Part shown: positions 60,129 to 64,000 of the stretch, one piece after another
How positions within the stretch are numbered: position 1 is the stretch's first letter
Layout: each line of letters starts with the position of its first letter
NCBI GenBank assembly: GCA_008632985.1
Contig: QPGO01000069.1
Span: 186,001 to 250,000 of the forward strand
From: Psammoneis japonica
Lineage: Eukaryota
DNA length: 64,000 nt
Direction of reading: 5' to 3'
The notes under the pieces: model-generated
Seen by the model: the letters and a program-made list of their open reading frames with translations, nothing else
Told to the model about the DNA's origin: nothing
Databases searched by the model: none
Position numbers and translations under genes: made by a program

Positions 60129-61323
60129 GGTCGTTTCAAAATCGCGTGGGATATGATGGAGGTTGGTTTGAAGGTGTGGGATGTGGGAGGTAGGTTGAAG
60201 GAAAGCTGTGACGTATCCACTGACGAGCTCTCGCTCTGCGAAAAAAAGAAAGCAACACTTCGTCAAGCATGTTCTTTGGCTTGTGCAGGCCGTGACACAT
60301 GAATTCCATGCACGTGTGCCAGGGTGGGATAGATCAGCCTCTGCCATTGTATCCATCCAAGAATTCTTTCTGCTTTCTTTGCAGTGCTCAGCTGCTCTTC
60401 TTGAGCACAGATGGCACCCAATCTGGCCATCCTCTAACACGAGCAACAGCACTTCCCCGGTGAGCGTGCCAACAAATGCCAGCAAGTGCTCATCACCGGC
60501 AATCCCACAGATGCGTGCATGTTTCATCCCAAATCCATCTGAAGACACTGGTCCCTGGACAATGCTTTGAACTCAACCACCCACACTTGCAAAAACAGCG
60601 TTGCCCTCACAATGTCATCCTCATCTTGAGCTGACAAGCAGCGATGCACTTGCGACAATTTTTGCAAAGCCTTTTCTTGGATGTTGGCTTTGATGTCTCA
60701 TGCACTTTTTCAAAAAGATGCTGCACAGGTCATTCTCCATTAGAAGTGAACTGCAACCTCAGAGCAGAGTTCCACAAGCTTTGCTGGTGGCAACAATCCA
60801 GGGGCAGCCTTGAATGCCGCCAGGGTCACACAGATTGGCAACAGGGTTGTTGCAGTCCAGTGGCAGAACCACATGTTTTGAAGGGAGCTTTTGCTGTGCA
60901 TCAGTGTGCAGGCCATTTTTGGGCATGTGCCTCTGTCCATTGTGACCACCCGCATTGACACAGGTGTGTCACCATCAGAGTGAAAGGTGTGAGTTGTGTT
61001 TCTCCACAAGAGTTGCAGGTCCGTGTCATCACATGCCCCCATGCAAGGGCATGCTGCAGAGCTCTCATTTGCAAAATTGACCAACAAATCAATGTCGACC
61101 AGCTTTTCACCTGATGCTGTTGGGATCTGCCGCTGTCACCAGCCTCAGGCTCTGAATCACTTTGACATGTGTCCAATCTGCCAGAAGCATTGGGAGCAGT
61201 GTCGCCATTGTTCTCCTTGCATGAGTGGCCTGCTTCCAACAATGTGTGAACAGCGAACAGCCTCCGCTGCTGCCGCGCCATCCTTTTCTCTTGTGTTGTG
61301 CCAAGGAACAAATGGTTGCTCCC

Positions 61324-61725
61324 GACGCGCTCCAGCTCCAGGTGGGACCTTGCACTGCTGCACTGTGACATCAATGGCTTTTTGGATCGCGTCGCATGTC
61401 GTGCACGCACATTTCCACATGTTGTGTTCTACGAAATTGTTTCATGCTCCCTGTTTTGCGAAGCCAAAGGCTTTCTATTTTCAACAGTTGTGAGAATGAA
61501 AACACGCTGGGCACATTCTTCAATGTCTGCAGAATGTGCTGCACCCGGGCAAACTGTCATTGATGCACTCCAAGCATGAAGGAGGAGATGCATTTGTAAA
61601 ATTGCCTCTTTTTCTGTTGGCGATCATTCACATTTTCATTGCAGTGTAAATTTGCTGCGGAGCTCGCACGCAGAATTCTGCGGGACCAATGTCACACGGA
61701 GTCCCGCCTGGGGCTGGAACCCGTC
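61324..61725. mobile_element. MITE copy B (same family as 814-1203, inverted), 4-bp TSD TCCC
   Basis: Ends GACGCGCTCCAGCTCCAGGTGGGAC and reverse-complemented GACGGGTTCCAGCCCCAGGCGGGAC. It is flanked by TCCC (61320-61323) and TCCC (61726-61729). Confidence 0.9.
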
Positions 61726-62337
61726 TCCCACAATCCTTTGGTGAAGACACCCTTCAGACTCCTGTGCTTCATGGCAATTCTTGCATTGAAGGTCTTTGCC
61801 TGCCAGGGTGACAGTGCAGCAGCACTTCCCGCAGCAGTCGTCTTTGCAAAGAGCAACTGAGCTGGAGGTGCCTTTGAGGGGGGGCGGCCACATCTGACTT
61901 GTGGAGTCATGGAAAGCCACCACGTTGTAGCGCCTTCAGTGCAGGGTCACCATCCATCCATGCACACCGCAACGTAGCCAGAAAGGCTGCGACAAGAAGC
62001 CTTACGGCCTCTGCAATCTTCATCGTTGGTTTGCTGTTTTTGTGTGATGGAAAAAATACAATGTGCAGCGCATCTATCACGGATCACGGCCGGAGCGGAA
62101 GCAGCGCGGACAACGTACAGACTTACGGGGGCAACAAAAATAATACCGGGCCAGTAGACTACATACGGTACTGTAGTCTACCGGCATCGGCGTTGAAAAA
62201 AAAAACACCTCCTAAATCCGAAGTCTCCACAGTGCGATCGCGGGCCTTTTGCTCCCACATATTCATGGACGAGCTGTTGTTCTCCTCTGTAGAAGGCTTG
62301 GACTTGTGTGTTCGTGAAAGCTTTTGGATCATCGACA

Positions 62338-64000
62338 ATGAAGATGAAGGTTCATAGGGCAGTTCATCCGTTCTTGTTATTCTCTCTGTTGGTTGGCTCG
62401 GCCTTCTCGTCGGAATTGCAGCCAGTCTGTCAGGCTTCTGATGGCGCTTGTGGACCAGCCAAGGAAGACGACGACGATACATGCTCACTCTGGTTCTACG
62501 ACTACTGGGTCATTGCGGGGAAGGATTATCCCATGGACTCTCCACTCGGGTGGAAGGATGTTGTGGTTCCCTTCCATCAGCGTGAGCAGCGCGCCTTTCC
62601 CATGTACAATCGCTTCCACTACCTTTATCAGGTGCCAAACAAACCCCAGCACTTTCTCTTTGCCCCGGCCATGAATTATCCGTTCGAGTGCCACTCGGTC
62701 CTTTACAACCTTCGGATGGACCCCATTGATGAGATGACCAAATTCAACCCGCCTCTCATGACGAGCTATGCCATCAAGGAGGGAGAGCCTCTATTTCAAA
62801 CGTGCCGTCATAAGGACCTAGAAGTGAAATATGAGATTGGTGACTCCCCGACGTTTGATGAGGTTGTCGAAATGGGATTTTGTCTGGATGGCATGGAGAT
62901 GAAGGCCTCTACATTGCCCGAGGTGGAGATGGGTGCCTTTGCTACAACTGGATTCAATAAGGGAGAAAGTCTCATGTTTGGACCGATGGTACACATGCAT
63001 CGATCGGAGTTCCTCAACAAGGAAGAGGGTGGTACCGACGAAGAACTTCTAAACTACGTTTACGGGCATCCAAAGACGGATCTCCTGCTGCTCCCTGTCA
63101 TGCCGGTTGTCAACTCCATTAACCACAGCCGAGAACCCAACGTTGCTGTCCGTTCCACACTGAGTGCAGAGGAAATGTCCGACTTGTTTTCCGGGCCGAC
63201 AGAAATCGCATTTGGAGAAACGGAGAAATCCAACCTCGAAGTCGTCTACATTGCTCTTCGGGATATCAAACCAGGGGAGGAAATCTTTCTAGACTATGGT
63301 GATGAATGGGTAAAGGCTTGGGAAGAACGCGATCCCAGCAAACCGTTTCGCAAAGAGATTGGTCTATCCAACTTCTTTCCGCGCTCATGGTTGGAAAAGG
63401 AAGTTCGAAACAAAAACTTCCGGGAGTTGGATGATACCAAGTTGAAGCCTGGAGAAGTGGCTCAGATTCGTCTCAAGACGGGAGAGGCTCTTGCCGCCCA
63501 TTTGCACCGAGTTGGCCTCCCCGAGGGCTTTGTCGAAAAGATGCGTGACTGGGCTGACAGAATCGGGGTGACGGCTATGATGGAGGACTACATTCTCAAT
63601 GGAAAAGCTTTGCCCCAGGGTGAAGACATTCGAGTTCGCATCAATGGCGGTACCTGGTGGATCAAGCGATTTCACAGTGAATGGAGCAGCGACATGCACT
63701 ACATTAGTCCTGATGACGATGAGAGTGTACGTATTGTGTCAATGGCTCCTGGCCGAAAGCTGAAGTGTTCATGCTCTAACTCTTTCGTCCCTTTTGCTTG
63801 CAACAGAACGAGCAGGTAAGCCGGGTCAGCGCGTAGCACTCGGGGGGGGGGGGGGGGCGGAGAATCAAAAAGGGATTTATGATCAGTTTTAGCTTTCGAT
63901 TGCTTTGTATGCTGTCGTTCTCACCCATGCTACCCTTTGTTCTCTGCTGGTGCAGTACATGGTTGCCCTCGGAGAAGCTGGCTGGGACAAGGTTCTCGAG
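62338..64000 (+). CDS. Signal-peptide-bearing SET-domain protein; continues through introns past the window end
   Basis: N-terminal FLLFSLLVGSAFS; GAFAT, INHSREPNV and YIALRDIKPGEEIFLDYG SET motifs. The 3' exon structure is unresolved. Confidence 0.85.

Noticed and set aside
63842..63857. Poly-G tract as a functional G-quadruplex
   Set aside because: It is a single homopolymer in a probable intron and could be a sequencing artefact; there is no further support.

Overview
Eukaryotic window, almost certainly a (pennate) diatom: it carries CoDi-type Copia gag, frustulin-type Cys repeats, bipartite plastid-targeting presequences and short GT-AG introns. Ordinary gene-rich islands (~18.05-40.15 kb, ~54.3-60.2 kb, >62.05 kb) alternate with transposon graveyards (~1-18.05 kb, ~40.17-54.2 kb, ~60.2-62.05 kb). 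The genes include NRT2, VIT1/CCC1, an LCM-type methyltransferase, a metallophosphoesterase-frustulin fusion, a Deg-like protease-ClpS fusion, lysA, NDUFAF6-like, a VOC protein, NAPE-PLD-like, Ysc84-like, FBXO9-like and a secreted SET protein. The most striking signal is a repeat-restricted mutational process that erases TpA dinucleotides by TpA->TpG/CpA, the opposite direction to fungal RIP. It acts with or without accompanying CpG loss. Its direction can be read inside the window from a decayed NRT2 fragment aligned to the intact NRT2 gene, from Tyr->Cys/His changes in conserved retroelement motifs, and from paired MITE and LTR copies. Other notable items are three MITEs with GACG-terminal TIRs and 4-bp TSDs, a Penelope-like element with a recognisable hammerhead ribozyme, a pol-less Copia derivative with a 5-bp TSD, and a recurrent intergenic TAGGGCC(C)TAC palindrome. 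All dinucleotide statements are by eye, not computed. One assembly gap lies at 4893-5383.
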